A stretch of 64,000 nucleotides of DNA from Polyangiales bacterium (GTDB taxonomy: Bacteria; Myxococcota_A; Polyangia; Polyangiales; Polyangiaceae): positions 128,001 through 192,000 of the forward strand of contig JBBRLQ010000001.1 in assembly GCA_038231275.1 (NCBI GenBank), read 5' to 3'. Position numbers and translations under genes: made by a program. Positions 10,824 through 21,052 of the stretch are shown one piece after another; the first letter of the stretch is position 1; each line of letters opens with the position of its first letter. Below the pieces are notes generated by a model. That model was given only the letters and a program-made list of their open reading frames with translations, did no database searches and was not told the origin of the DNA.

Positions 10824-11779
10824 CTCGCGTACGTGACGTCGGTGCCGGCCCAGTCGCGGCACAGATCGTCGATGCGCTTGCGCGTCTCGGGCGAGAGCGC
10901 CGCGGCGCAGGCGTCGATGCCGGCGTCGAGGTGCTCCACGCTGCCGGGCCCGAGGAGGATCGCGTCGACCCCTTCACGCCCCGCCACCCACGCGTGCGCC
11001 AACGTGACGAGATCGATCCCGGCGTCCTTGGCGACGTCGGCGAGCGCCATCACGCGATCGAACGTCGCCCTGTTCCAGTAGCGACCCTGGTAGAGCCGAT
11101 TGTTCTCGAATCGGCTCCCCTTTTGCGACGCGCCCTCGGTGTGCTTGCCGGTGAGGATGCCGCCCGCGAGCGGGTTGTAGACGGTCGTAGCGATTGGGTG
11201 CTTCTTGGTGAACTTGAAGTACTCGACGTCGAGCTGCCGGATGAGCACGTTGTAGATCTGCTGCGACATCACCGGTCGAGGCATCTTGCGCGCGTCGGCG
11301 ATGCTCATCATCTCGAGGATCTGCCACGACGCGAAGTTCGACACGCCCCACTGCAGGATCTTCTTCTTCTCGAGCAGCTCGGCGATCGCGTCGAGCGACT
11401 CTTCGATCGGCGTCCGGTAGTCCGGCACGTGGAGGTAGTAGAGGTCGATGCGATCGGTCTTTAGGCGCGTGAGGCTGCCCTCGCACGCGGCGAGGATGCG
11501 CGAACGGCCGAGCCCCTCCTGCTTGCCGTCGACGCGCCCGAAGCCCACCTTGGTGGCGAGGACGACACGGTCGCGCTCTTTCGCGAGCGCGCGGCCGAGG
11601 ATGAGCTCGCTCTCGCCGTCCACGTAGACGTTCGCGGTGTCGAAGAACACGACGCCACGCTCGATCGCCCGCCGGATCACGCGCACCGAGTCGGCTTCGG
11701 TCGTGCGTTTTCCGAAGTTCATCGTGCCGACATGAATGCGCGGCGGTTCGCCAGGCGTCCTCGGGGTCCACCAACTCAT
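10820..11779 (-). CDS. Aldo/keto reductase
   Basis: GTMNFG, FFDTANVY, LATKVG, IDLYYLH, GVSNF and YNPLAGG. Confidence 0.92.
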   Translation of the reverse strand: MSWWTPRTPGEPPRIHVGTMNFGKRTTEADSVRVIRRAIERGVVFFDTANVYVDGESELILGRALAKERDRVVLATKVGFGRVDGKQEGLGRSRILAACEGSLTRLKTDRIDLYYLHVPDYRTPIEESLDAIAELLEKKKILQWGVSNFASWQILEMMSIADARKMPRPVMSQQIYNVLIRQLDVEYFKFTKKHPIATTVYNPLAGGILTGKHTEGASQKGSRFENNRLYQGRYWNRATFDRVMALADVAKDAGIDLVTLAHAWVAGREGVDAILLGPGSVEHLDAGIDACAAALSPETRKRIDDLCRDWAGTDVTYAR

Positions 11780-11806
11780 GACCCATGCTGTTACAATGAC
11801 CAGCGC

Positions 11807-13093
11807 ATGGCCGAAAGCTCCAAGCTCGCGATCCTCGTCGGCGGGGGCCCGGCGCCCGGAATCAACAGCGTCATCGGAGCGGCGACGATCCGCGCGGCGC
11901 TGTCCAACGTCGAGGTCCTCGGCATCCAGGACGGCTACCGGTGGCTGATGGAGGGGGACATCTCGCACGTCACCCCGCTCACCATCGCCGACACGAGCCG
12001 CATCCACTTCCGCGGCGGCAGCCACCTCGGCATCGCGCGCGCCAACCCCACGAAGAACCCCGAGCACCTCGAGCGCACGTTCGAGTCGCTCGAGCGACTC
12101 GGCGTCGGCAAGCTCATCTCGATCGGCGGCGACGACACCTGCTTCTCCGCGCACCGCCTCGCCGAAATGAGCCACGGCAAGCTGCGCGTCGTGCACGTCC
12201 CCAAGACGATCGACAACGATCTGGATCTGCCGCAGGAGACCTACACCTTCGGCTTCCAGACCGCGCGGCACATCGGCGTCGAGATCGTGAAGAACCTGAT
12301 GGTCGACGCGAAGACGACGTCGCGCTGGTACTTCGTCATCGCGATGGGCAGAAAGGCCGGTCACCTCGCCCTCGGCATCGGCAAGGCGGCCGGCGCGACG
12401 CTCACGCTCATCCCCGAAGAGTTCGGCAAAGAAGTGCGTCTTGCCACGGTGGTGGACATCCTCGCCGGCGCGATCGTGAAGCGCCTCGCGCACGGGCGCA
12501 CCGACGGCGTCGCGGTCCTCGCCGAGGGGATCGTCGAGCATTTGCCGGAGGCAGATCTCGCTGGGCTCGCCAATGTCGAGCGCGACGAGCACGATCACGT
12601 GCGCATCGCGGAGATCAACTTCGGCGACATCCTCAAGGTGGAGGTGCAGAAGCGCCTCGCCGTGCTCAAGATCAAGACCACCATCGTCCCGAAGAACATC
12701 GGCTACGAGGTGCGCTGCGCCGATCCCATCCCGTTCGACATGGAGTACACGCGCGATCTCGGCTACTGCGCGGCGCGCTACGTGATCGAAGGCGGGCACT
12801 CCGCGCTCATCTCGATCCAGCGCGGCCTCTTCAAGCCCATCCCGTTCGCCGACATCATGGATCCGACGACCGGGCGCATGAAGGTGCGCATGGTCGACAT
12901 CGAGAGCGATCGCTACAAAATTGCCCGGACGTACATGTTGCGGCTCAAGCCCGAGGACTTCGATGATCCGCACGAGCTGAATCGCCTCGCACGAACGGCG
13001 GGGGTCACGGCCGAAGAGTTTCGCGCCGCGTTCGGCGCGCTCGTGAAGAGCGAGCCGAGGCCCGTCTCGATGCACGTGCGCGCCGCGCCGTGA
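11807..13093 (+). CDS. pfp: Pyrophosphate-dependent phosphofructokinase
   Basis: GGGPAPGIN, GGDDT and PKTIDNDL (the Asp/Lys signature of PPi-dependent enzymes), MGR, GYEVRC. Confidence 0.88.
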   Translation: MAESSKLAILVGGGPAPGINSVIGAATIRAALSNVEVLGIQDGYRWLMEGDISHVTPLTIADTSRIHFRGGSHLGIARANPTKNPEHLERTFESLERLGVGKLISIGGDDTCFSAHRLAEMSHGKLRVVHVPKTIDNDLDLPQETYTFGFQTARHIGVEIVKNLMVDAKTTSRWYFVIAMGRKAGHLALGIGKAAGATLTLIPEEFGKEVRLATVVDILAGAIVKRLAHGRTDGVAVLAEGIVEHLPEADLAGLANVERDEHDHVRIAEINFGDILKVEVQKRLAVLKIKTTIVPKNIGYEVRCADPIPFDMEYTRDLGYCAARYVIEGGHSALISIQRGLFKPIPFADIMDPTTGRMKVRMVDIESDRYKIARTYMLRLKPEDFDDPHELNRLARTAGVTAEEFRAAFGALVKSEPRPVSMHVRAAP

Positions 13094-13105
13094 GCGGGCG
13101 GTTCG

Positions 13106-15127
13106 CTATTTTTTGAACAGCTTTCCGAAGAGACCGCCCGGCGGCGGCTCCGGGGGTTTCTTGGGGTTCGCGCGGCTCGTCGGAGTGGACGGGCCAAGCG
13201 GCGCCGAGCCCTTGCCCTTGCGCATCGCGTACAGGCGAACCTCGCGCGTCGCGTCGATGTTGCGGGGGTTCAGCTCCACAGCCTGTTTGAAATCCTTGTG
13301 CGCGCCCTTCTCGTTGCCGATGCGCTTGTAGAGCATTCCTCGATAAAAATAGGCTCGTTCGCACTTGGCGTTGAGCTTGATTGCCTGCTCGAGCATCGCG
13401 ATGCGGCGCTCGGTCGCGTCGTTGCCAGAGTTCTCCGGCTTCATCGACTCGAGCCACGCGACGAGGGCGACGTAATCGGCCTGCTGCGGATCGGCGTCGA
13501 AGGCGGCGCGGGCGAGCTGCTCGGCTTGAGCCAGGTCGTTCCGGCGGAGGCACACTTCGGCCTTTTGGAAATTCGTCGCCGCCTCGAGGATGCCGTGAAT
13601 TTGCGCCTGATCGTCGGGCGTCGCGCCGCCGTCCTTGATGAGCGTCATGTAGTGCGTGCGACGCTCGGCGTCGGTGAGCGTCTGGTGCGCCTCGCTCAGA
13701 TGGGCGAACACCTTCGTGCATTGCTCGCGCACGTCACGGATGGAGGGCGGCAAGCGATCGGGGTGCCACACCTTCGCGAGGAGGAAGTAGGCCTTCTGGA
13801 CGTCGTCGACCGTCGCGTCGCGCGGGATGCCGAGCATCTGGAAATAGTCCATGCGCGTGATCTCGTCCGCGCGCTGGATGATCTTCGCGCGCTGGGCGGC
13901 GATCTCGGGCCCGGCGGTCGGCATTCGCGACGAGCTCGGCGCTCCATCGGCGGCGCGCATCCCACTGGAGGGACGCGACGCCGGGGCGGCCGGAATGTGC
14001 GCGGAGGAGTGATGCTGCGCGGCCGGGGCCGCCCCCATCACCGCCGACGGACGAGGCGACGCGGGCTGCGCGACGGGCATCGGCGGCACACTCCCCGGGA
14101 GCGGCGGCGGGACAACGGATTCGAGCCCGCGCGTCGCCTCCGCGATCGCCGACGCGATGTCCGACTCGGGTGCCGCGACGGGCGGCGCGGGCGTGAGGAT
14201 CGGCGCCGACGCGCGCGTGTCGCGGCGCACGACGCTGGGCGGCGCGGGCTCGTCGACGACGCCGCCGGGGCGCGGGATCTGCCGTGGCTGGAGCTGCACA
14301 CGCGCGACGGGCGCGGTAGGAACCGTAGGCACCGGCACGCTCCTCCGGACCGGCGGCGGCGGGATCGACGGGTCGTCGGCGAGGATGTCGAGCTGCTTCG
14401 CGATGAGCATACAGTAGATGAGGAGCTGCTTGACGCTCGGCCCGATCGTGCCCGCGGCGGTCATCTCGTAGATGCGGCGCGGCCGGGCGCGGAGGAGCTC
14501 GACGAACTGGCGCTCGTCCGGCGAGAGGCCGAGCCGATCGATCTGCGCGCTCGCCGCCACGCGGAGCGGCGCGCCTCCCACCCGCGACAGCGCCGCGTGC
14601 GCGTGCTCCCACGACGGCGACTGCTTGATCGCGCCCCAGACGAGCGGGAGCGGATCGACGGTCACGAGATCGTCGGCGCCGTACCCCGCGAGCGAGTCGA
14701 ACGCGTCGTAGTAGGCGTACTGCGTCTCCGCCGGCCAGTTGAAGAGGTACTCGAGCTTGTGCACGACCTGACGGCGCAGCCCGTCGAGGAGGCGCGGCAT
14801 GTCGAGGATGCCGAGGCTCAGCAAGATCTGCCCGTGCAGCTGCCCCTGCCCCGGCCGGAAATACTGCATCGACGACTCGATCTGCTCGCTCGTGAGGAGG
14901 CCGGTCTCGAGCAGCACGTTGCTGAGGTAGCTCGTCGGCTCGCTCGTCCGGACCTTCGACGGGAAGCCCTCGAGGATCAAGATGGTCGCACGCTCGCCGT
15001 CGGGCGCCATCACCTCGATGGAGCCCGTGAGCTGCTTTTCGAGCAGGTAGAGCAAGAGGTGCGGGAACGGCGTCTTCGCCAGCGTGCCGCTTGCTGTCGG
15101 CTGGGGCAGGGGGGCGCCGCTCGTCAT
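13106..15127 (-). CDS. DUF4388-like / Pro-rich linker / DnaJ J-domain / TPR protein
   Basis: GTLAKTPFPHLL N-domain, DYFQMLG...WHPD J-domain, C-terminal TPRs. Confidence 0.8.
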   Translation of the reverse strand: MTSGAPLPQPTASGTLAKTPFPHLLLYLLEKQLTGSIEVMAPDGERATILILEGFPSKVRTSEPTSYLSNVLLETGLLTSEQIESSMQYFRPGQGQLHGQILLSLGILDMPRLLDGLRRQVVHKLEYLFNWPAETQYAYYDAFDSLAGYGADDLVTVDPLPLVWGAIKQSPSWEHAHAALSRVGGAPLRVAASAQIDRLGLSPDERQFVELLRARPRRIYEMTAAGTIGPSVKQLLIYCMLIAKQLDILADDPSIPPPPVRRSVPVPTVPTAPVARVQLQPRQIPRPGGVVDEPAPPSVVRRDTRASAPILTPAPPVAAPESDIASAIAEATRGLESVVPPPLPGSVPPMPVAQPASPRPSAVMGAAPAAQHHSSAHIPAAPASRPSSGMRAADGAPSSSRMPTAGPEIAAQRAKIIQRADEITRMDYFQMLGIPRDATVDDVQKAYFLLAKVWHPDRLPPSIRDVREQCTKVFAHLSEAHQTLTDAERRTHYMTLIKDGGATPDDQAQIHGILEAATNFQKAEVCLRRNDLAQAEQLARAAFDADPQQADYVALVAWLESMKPENSGNDATERRIAMLEQAIKLNAKCERAYFYRGMLYKRIGNEKGAHKDFKQAVELNPRNIDATREVRLYAMRKGKGSAPLGPSTPTSRANPKKPPEPPPGGLFGKLFKK

Positions 15128-15223
15128 CGGGGAGGGTCTCAATTTACACGCTTTTCGTCTCGTCTGAAGGGTCTCTCTGACAATCGCGACGACGCTTCAT
15201 CCGGCCCTGTACAATCGGTGGGC

Positions 15224-18200
15224 TTGGCGTCCACACCGCCCATTCCGGCGCGTCTCGCGCAATTCGAAATCATCCGGCGTCTTGGCGCAGGGGGCATGGC
15301 CGAGGTCTTTCTCGCCAAGAAGCGAGGTGCGGAGGGCACGTACAAAGTACTCGTCGTCAAGCGGATCCTCCCCACGTACGGCGGCTCTCGCCGGTTTCGA
15401 ACGATGTTCGTCGAGGAGGCGCAGGTCGCGACACGGCTCAACCACCCGAACGTCGTCCAGGTCTACGAGTTCTTCGACGGCGGCGACGAAGGCCAGCTCC
15501 TCTCGATGGAGTACGTGGAGGGGCCCGATCTCGGCATGCTCATGTCGAGCGCGAAACAAAAGGGCACGCGCATCCCCGCGTGGGTCGCGGCGTGGATCAT
15601 CGGCGAGGCCGCGAAGGGCCTCCACTACGCACACGAGAAGAAGGACGAAGGGGGCGCCAGCCTCGAAATCGTCCACCGCGACGTGAGCCCGCAGAACGTC
15701 CTCCTCTCGTTCGAGGGGACGGTGAAGATCGCCGACTTCGGGATCGCCAGCGCGAAGCTCTTCAACGAGGAGGCGGGCGTCCTCAAGGGCAAATTCGGCT
15801 ACATGTCGCCCGAGCAGGCGCGCGGGGAGAAGGTCGATCGGCGCAGCGATCTGTACGCGCTCGGCGTCATCCTCTGGGAGTGCCTCACCGGCCGTCCGCT
15901 CCACGGCGGCCTCGGCGGCGAGGCGCTGCTCGACATCGTACGCGAAGGAATGGTCGAGCCGCCGAGCACCTACGGGCGTGAGCTGCCGGTGGAGCTCGAG
16001 GCGATCGTCATGAAGGCGCTCGCGCCGAAGCGCGACGAGCGCTTCACGACGGGACGGGAGCTATGCTCGGCGATCACGCGCTCGCTGCTTCTGAAGCAGG
16101 AGCTGATCGAGGCGTCGACGCTCGAGGCGACGATCGCGCACCTCGTGACGCGCGAGAACACGCGGCCGGGCGTGAGCGAGCCGCCGGGACCAGGCGGGGC
16201 CGACCTGTCGAAAGCTCTCGACGGGCGCACGCAGGCGGCAGGTCCCATGGCGCTCTCCAGCATGGAGGGTCCGGGGGTCAGCCTACGGCCGTCGTCGCCA
16301 CCCGAGGCGCCGGGCGCGGAGGCTGCGGAGGCCCCCGCGGCGCCGGGACCACGCGAGGTGCGTCACGTCGCGCTCGTGACGCTGCGCCTCCACGGGCTCG
16401 GCAACGTCGACGACAAGGAGGACCTCGCGCTCCCGAAGGCGGTCCAGAACCTCCGCGTGATGCTCGGCGAAATGGCTTACAAACGCGGCATGCGGTGGAT
16501 CTGGGACTCCGACGGGGAGGCCCGCGCGGTCGCCGGTCTCAGCTCCAACCCCACGCGCGCGGCGGGCGACGCGGCGTGGCTCGCGCTCGAGACCCACGAG
16601 GCGATCCTCGGCATGAAGGAGGAGTTTCCTGGCTCGGTCGGCGCGTCGATCGGCATCGTCCGCGGCATCGCGTCGGGCACGCGCGATACGCTCGGCAACC
16701 TCGTTCGCTACACGCTCCACGATCCGGCCAGCCACCTCGCGGATTTGCTCGGCGCGGCGACTCCGCTCGAGCGCACGTGGGTCGCAGGCGGCGTATACCG
16801 CCTCGTGCGGCGCGAGTTCCATTGGGGCGACGCACCGACGCTGGAGCTCACGCCGAGCCCGAAGGTGAAGAATCTCCCGCCGACGATGCGCATCTACGCG
16901 CTCGAGCGGAGCTTGTCGCGCGACGAGAAGGTCGCGCAGGCAACCAACGCGCCCAGCGATCTCGTCGGGCGCGACGCGGAGAAGGGTGAGCTCGGCGCGG
17001 CCTTCCACGAGGCGGTGAACGCGGGCGGCGGAGGTGGCGCCGTCACGTGCCGCGCGGTCGTCGGGGAGCTCGGCATCGGCAAGACGGCGCTGGTCGCGAC
17101 GTTCCTCGGAGAGCTGCCCCCGAACGCGCGCATCGTGCGCGTGGAGTGCTCGCCGGTGCGCATGGAGGTGCCCAACAGCACCACCGCGGAGATCGTGCGC
17201 GACGCGATCGGCACCACCGGCGACGAGCCCTTCGAGGAGGTGGCCGCATTGATCGCGCGCCTCGGCGGCGGCGCGGCGAGCGGCGACGCGTCGAACCCGA
17301 TGGTGGCGCGCCTCGCCGAGCTGGCGACCAACCGCACGATGGGCCAGGGCGACGAGGACGACGCTCAGTCGCGCAAAAAACTCGTCGTGAGCGGCGTCCG
17401 CAACCTCCTCGCCGCGATCGCGCTTGAGCGACCGCTGGCGCTGGTCGTCGAGAGCATGCAGTGGGCCGACAAGCCCAGCCTCGAGCTCCTCGCCGAGCTG
17501 ACCAAGGTGGCCGATCCGCTCCCGATCCTCGTCATCTTCGTCGCGCGCGCCGAGGATCGCGTCGCCTCGACGCTCGAGGGAAAAGTTCGCATCGAGCTGC
17601 AAGGACTGTCGAGCGACGAGCAGGTGCGTCTGGTCGAAGCGCGCCTCGGCGTGCGAGAAGGCGTGCGTCAGGTGTGCTCCGAGCTCTTGCCGCGGGTCGG
17701 CGGCAACCCGTTCTACCTCCTCGAAATGGTCGACGCGCTGCTCGAGCGCGGCGCGCTGGAGATCCAAGAGGGCAGCGACGGCGACGCCTCGGCGCTCGTG
17801 CGCACGGATCGCGCAGAGTCTGGATTTCTCGCCCTTCCGCACACGCTGGAGCAGCTCCTCGAGAACCGGCTCTTCGAGCTGCCGGCGCAGGAGCGCGCGA
17901 TCGTCGACTGGCTCGCGATCGCGGGAGGACCTTTGCCCGTCACCGATCTCATGACGCTGACCAGCGCGGTCAGCTCCGAGACCGTGATGCGCCTGTGCGC
18001 GCGAGGCCTGTGCGATCGAAAGGGCGAGAGCGTCGATTTCCGTCACCCGCTCACGCGTGATGTCGCGTACCAGGCGCTTGGGACCAACGATCGCCGGCAC
18101 ATGCACCAGCGGCTCGGCGAGCACCTGGCGCAGACGTCCTTGGCGCGCGGGCTCTCTGCGGCGATCGTGGCGCGTCACCTGGCGCGCGGCGACGGCGGAC

Positions 18201-19747
18201 CGCGCGCCGCCGAGCTGTATCTGGAGGCGGCGAACGCGGCGCGCTCGGGGTACCAGACGCAGCTCGCCATCAAGTACTACCAGCGCGCGCTGTCGCTCAT
18301 GGAACACGACGACGGGCAGCGGCTCGTCGCGCACGAGGCGCTCGAGGCGATTTACCGCGTCCTCGGCCGGAGGCGCGAGCGCGTGCAGCACCTCGAGGCG
18401 CTGCGCAAGATCGCCAAGATGCTCGCGACGCCGAAGGCCGCGTGCCTCGCGCTGATCCGGACGGCGCGCTTCGATTTCGACGAGGGCAAGCTCGCGCGCG
18501 GTCTCCCCGTCGCGCGGCGCGCCGCCGAGCTGGCCCACTCCGGACATTTCTTGCACTGGGAGATCGAGGCCGAGGAGCTCGTGAGCGAGCTGCTCCGCGA
18601 GCTGGGCGACGTGCAGGGCGCGCTCGCCGCGTGCGATCGCGCCCTCGCCGCGTGCGATCCGAAGGTGCACCCCAACGTCCTCCCGCGCGCGCGGGCGGAG
18701 GTGCTCCGAAGCCGCGGCGTTCTCCTCCGCCGCGTCGGCCGCGTGCGCGAGGCGGTGGACGCGTACGTCGACGCGATCGCGGTCTTCCGCAAGGCGGGCG
18801 CGCGTCGTCAAGAGGCGCGCGCGAAGACCGCGCTCGGCTACGCGATGTTCGTGCAAGGTCGCTACGAGGACGCGATCGCCCTCGCGCTCGAGACCATCCA
18901 CATCGATCTGTCGATCGGCGGCCGCTTCCAACTCGCCAAGACGCTCTCGAACATCGGGCAAGCGTACTCCCGCATCGGCGACATCCCGCGCGCGCTGGCG
19001 TACCTGAAGCGAGCCCGCGACGCGCACGAGCGGTACGGCGATCAGGACGGCCGCGCCGAGACGCTCATCGTGAGCGCCGAGGTCCTCATCGAGCAGGATC
19101 GCCTCGACGAAGCGGAGGCGTTCCTCAAGGACGCGCAGGCGCTCAACTCGGCGACGAACGCCGCGTACGAGGTCACCCACGCCGCCGTCGCCGCCGCCGC
19201 GCTCGCCCGCGCTCGTCGCGACGCGCGGGCCGCGACGCAGTACGCGATGGAGGCGCGGCGTGCCGCAGAACAGCACGTCCTCGTGGCTTTCCATTTCTAC
19301 GCCATCGCACTGGAGTCGGCGGCGCGCGTGGACCTCGGCGAGATGCACGCGGCGACGCTGATGGCGACGACCGCGCTCGGCACCGTGCAGCAGCTCCAGG
19401 GGTGCGAATACGGCCTGGAAATTCGCGTATTGTGTGCGGACACGTTGAAACGCGCAGCGTCGCCGCAGGCCGCGTTCGCCTGGCAGACCGCCGTGGATTA
19501 CGCGACGGCGCTCACCAACGCCATCCGCGATCCGCGCCTGCGACGCCGCTTCACTGAGCGCCCGATCGTCGCCGGCCTCTTCGAGCGCACGCCGGTGCCG
19601 ATCCACGTCGACCCGGATGGCCGCGCGCCCCTTCCGGAGCTCTCGATGCCGGAGCTGCCGCCCGCGGCGGGCGCCGACGACGACGCGCCGCTCTCCGAGC
19701 CCGAACCCTCCCTCTCGCTCCCCGCATTGCCAGGTGACGGAGAATGA
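15224..19747 (+). CDS. Ser/Thr kinase - degenerate class III cyclase-like - AAA (STAND-type) ATPase - TPR protein
   Basis: LGAGGMAEV, HRDVSPQN, DFG and YMSPEQ kinase motifs; LVGRDAE..GELGIGKT Walker A; VVESMQWAD Walker B region; GGNPFYL; FRHPL; TPR array. Start is TTG 15224 or GTG 15218. Confidence 0.88.
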   Translation: MASTPPIPARLAQFEIIRRLGAGGMAEVFLAKKRGAEGTYKVLVVKRILPTYGGSRRFRTMFVEEAQVATRLNHPNVVQVYEFFDGGDEGQLLSMEYVEGPDLGMLMSSAKQKGTRIPAWVAAWIIGEAAKGLHYAHEKKDEGGASLEIVHRDVSPQNVLLSFEGTVKIADFGIASAKLFNEEAGVLKGKFGYMSPEQARGEKVDRRSDLYALGVILWECLTGRPLHGGLGGEALLDIVREGMVEPPSTYGRELPVELEAIVMKALAPKRDERFTTGRELCSAITRSLLLKQELIEASTLEATIAHLVTRENTRPGVSEPPGPGGADLSKALDGRTQAAGPMALSSMEGPGVSLRPSSPPEAPGAEAAEAPAAPGPREVRHVALVTLRLHGLGNVDDKEDLALPKAVQNLRVMLGEMAYKRGMRWIWDSDGEARAVAGLSSNPTRAAGDAAWLALETHEAILGMKEEFPGSVGASIGIVRGIASGTRDTLGNLVRYTLHDPASHLADLLGAATPLERTWVAGGVYRLVRREFHWGDAPTLELTPSPKVKNLPPTMRIYALERSLSRDEKVAQATNAPSDLVGRDAEKGELGAAFHEAVNAGGGGGAVTCRAVVGELGIGKTALVATFLGELPPNARIVRVECSPVRMEVPNSTTAEIVRDAIGTTGDEPFEEVAALIARLGGGAASGDASNPMVARLAELATNRTMGQGDEDDAQSRKKLVVSGVRNLLAAIALERPLALVVESMQWADKPSLELLAELTKVADPLPILVIFVARAEDRVASTLEGKVRIELQGLSSDEQVRLVEARLGVREGVRQVCSELLPRVGGNPFYLLEMVDALLERGALEIQEGSDGDASALVRTDRAESGFLALPHTLEQLLENRLFELPAQERAIVDWLAIAGGPLPVTDLMTLTSAVSSETVMRLCARGLCDRKGESVDFRHPLTRDVAYQALGTNDRRHMHQRLGEHLAQTSLARGLSAAIVARHLARGDGGPRAAELYLEAANAARSGYQTQLAIKYYQRALSLMEHDDGQRLVAHEALEAIYRVLGRRRERVQHLEALRKIAKMLATPKAACLALIRTARFDFDEGKLARGLPVARRAAELAHSGHFLHWEIEAEELVSELLRELGDVQGALAACDRALAACDPKVHPNVLPRARAEVLRSRGVLLRRVGRVREAVDAYVDAIAVFRKAGARRQEARAKTALGYAMFVQGRYEDAIALALETIHIDLSIGGRFQLAKTLSNIGQAYSRIGDIPRALAYLKRARDAHERYGDQDGRAETLIVSAEVLIEQDRLDEAEAFLKDAQALNSATNAAYEVTHAAVAAAALARARRDARAATQYAMEARRAAEQHVLVAFHFYAIALESAARVDLGEMHAATLMATTALGTVQQLQGCEYGLEIRVLCADTLKRAASPQAAFAWQTAVDYATALTNAIRDPRLRRRFTERPIVAGLFERTPVPIHVDPDGRAPLPELSMPELPPAAGADDDAPLSEPEPSLSLPALPGDGE

Positions 19748-21045
19748 TCCCGCAAGCCGCCCCGAGCTCCCCCGGTCGACGACGCCGCATCGCCATGATC
19801 CTGTCGGGAGGCGGCGCACGCGGCGCCTACGAGGTCGGCGTCCTCTGGTACATCTTCGACGAGCTCACCCGCCAGCGCGGCGCGCCGCCGAAGCTCGACA
19901 TCCTGTGCGGCACCAGCGTCGGCGCGATCAACGCGTGCTTCCTCGCTGCGCACCTGGCCGATCCGGTGCTCGGGATGCGGCGCCTCGTCGATCTGTGGAG
20001 CGAGCTCCAGCTCCCCAAGGTGCTCGGCTTTGGATTTCGCCAGGTCGTTTCGATCCCGCGACTCCTCATGGGCGGCGGCGCCGACGGCGCAGGGCTCTTC
20101 GACGTGCGCCCGATGGCCGACCTCGTCCAGCGCGAGATCAGCTGGCGCGCGGTCACGCGCTGCATCCGTCGTCGACAGCTCCGCGCGCTGAGCGTGTCGA
20201 CCACCGAGGTCTCGACGGGGCGCACCGTGGTCTTCATGCAGACGTCGCCGGACACGGTCATCCCCGCGACCGCGCCGCCGCGCACGCTCTTCCGACAGGC
20301 TCACATCGGACCGCACCACGCGCTCGCGAGCGCTGCGATCCCGCTTCTTTTCCCGCCCGTTCGCATCGAGGACGAGCTCTACCTCGACGGCGGGCTGCGC
20401 CAGAACACGCCGATCTCGCCGGCGCTACGCCTCGGCGCGACGCACATCTTCGCCATCGGCAGCTCGCGCGAGGTGAAGGGCGTCGTGTCACGGGAGGGCG
20501 ACGCGCATCACGCGAAGGCGCCCGGCGCGGCGTTCCTGCTCGGCAAGGTCCTGAACGCCTTCCTGCTCGATCACGTCGACGTTGACATCGAGCTGCTCAC
20601 GCGCTTGAACCACGTGCTCGTGGACGGAACGACGGCGTACGGCGACGAGTTCACCTCGTCGATGAGCCACCACGCGAAGAAGCGCGGCGCGCAGGAGTAC
20701 CGCTTCGTCCACAACCTCGCGGTGCGACCCAGCGCGGACATCGGCGAGCTCGCGAGCGCCCACGTGCGGCGCGGGCGCTTCATGGGCGATCCGATCATCA
20801 CCAAGCGCATCTTCCACCTGCTCGACATCGGCATCGGCGACGAAGCCGACCTCGCGAGCTACCTGCTCTTCGATGGCCAATTCTGCCGGCAGCTGATCGA
20901 GATGGGCCGCGCCGACGCGAAGGCACGCAGGGACGAGCTGCTCAAGTTCTTCGGAGATCCGGCGGAGGACGGGGGCGGCCCATCCGACGAGGATCTGAGC
21001 CAGAGCGGTTCGTGGGAACGACGATCGATCCCCTACGGAACCTGA
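19744..21045 (+). CDS. Patatin-like phospholipase
   Basis: SGGGARG oxyanion loop, GTSVG nucleophile, DGG; ATGA overlap with the kinase gene. Confidence 0.92.
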   Translation: MIPQAAPSSPGRRRRIAMILSGGGARGAYEVGVLWYIFDELTRQRGAPPKLDILCGTSVGAINACFLAAHLADPVLGMRRLVDLWSELQLPKVLGFGFRQVVSIPRLLMGGGADGAGLFDVRPMADLVQREISWRAVTRCIRRRQLRALSVSTTEVSTGRTVVFMQTSPDTVIPATAPPRTLFRQAHIGPHHALASAAIPLLFPPVRIEDELYLDGGLRQNTPISPALRLGATHIFAIGSSREVKGVVSREGDAHHAKAPGAAFLLGKVLNAFLLDHVDVDIELLTRLNHVLVDGTTAYGDEFTSSMSHHAKKRGAQEYRFVHNLAVRPSADIGELASAHVRRGRFMGDPIITKRIFHLLDIGIGDEADLASYLLFDGQFCRQLIEMGRADAKARRDELLKFFGDPAEDGGGPSDEDLSQSGSWERRSIPYGT

Positions 21046-21052
21046 CGACAAG

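Noticed and set aside
13298..15223. N-terminal 640 aa of the 2149-aa ORF 13298-19747
   Set aside because: It is the antisense shadow of the J-domain gene. The real protein begins just before the kinase domain near 15224.
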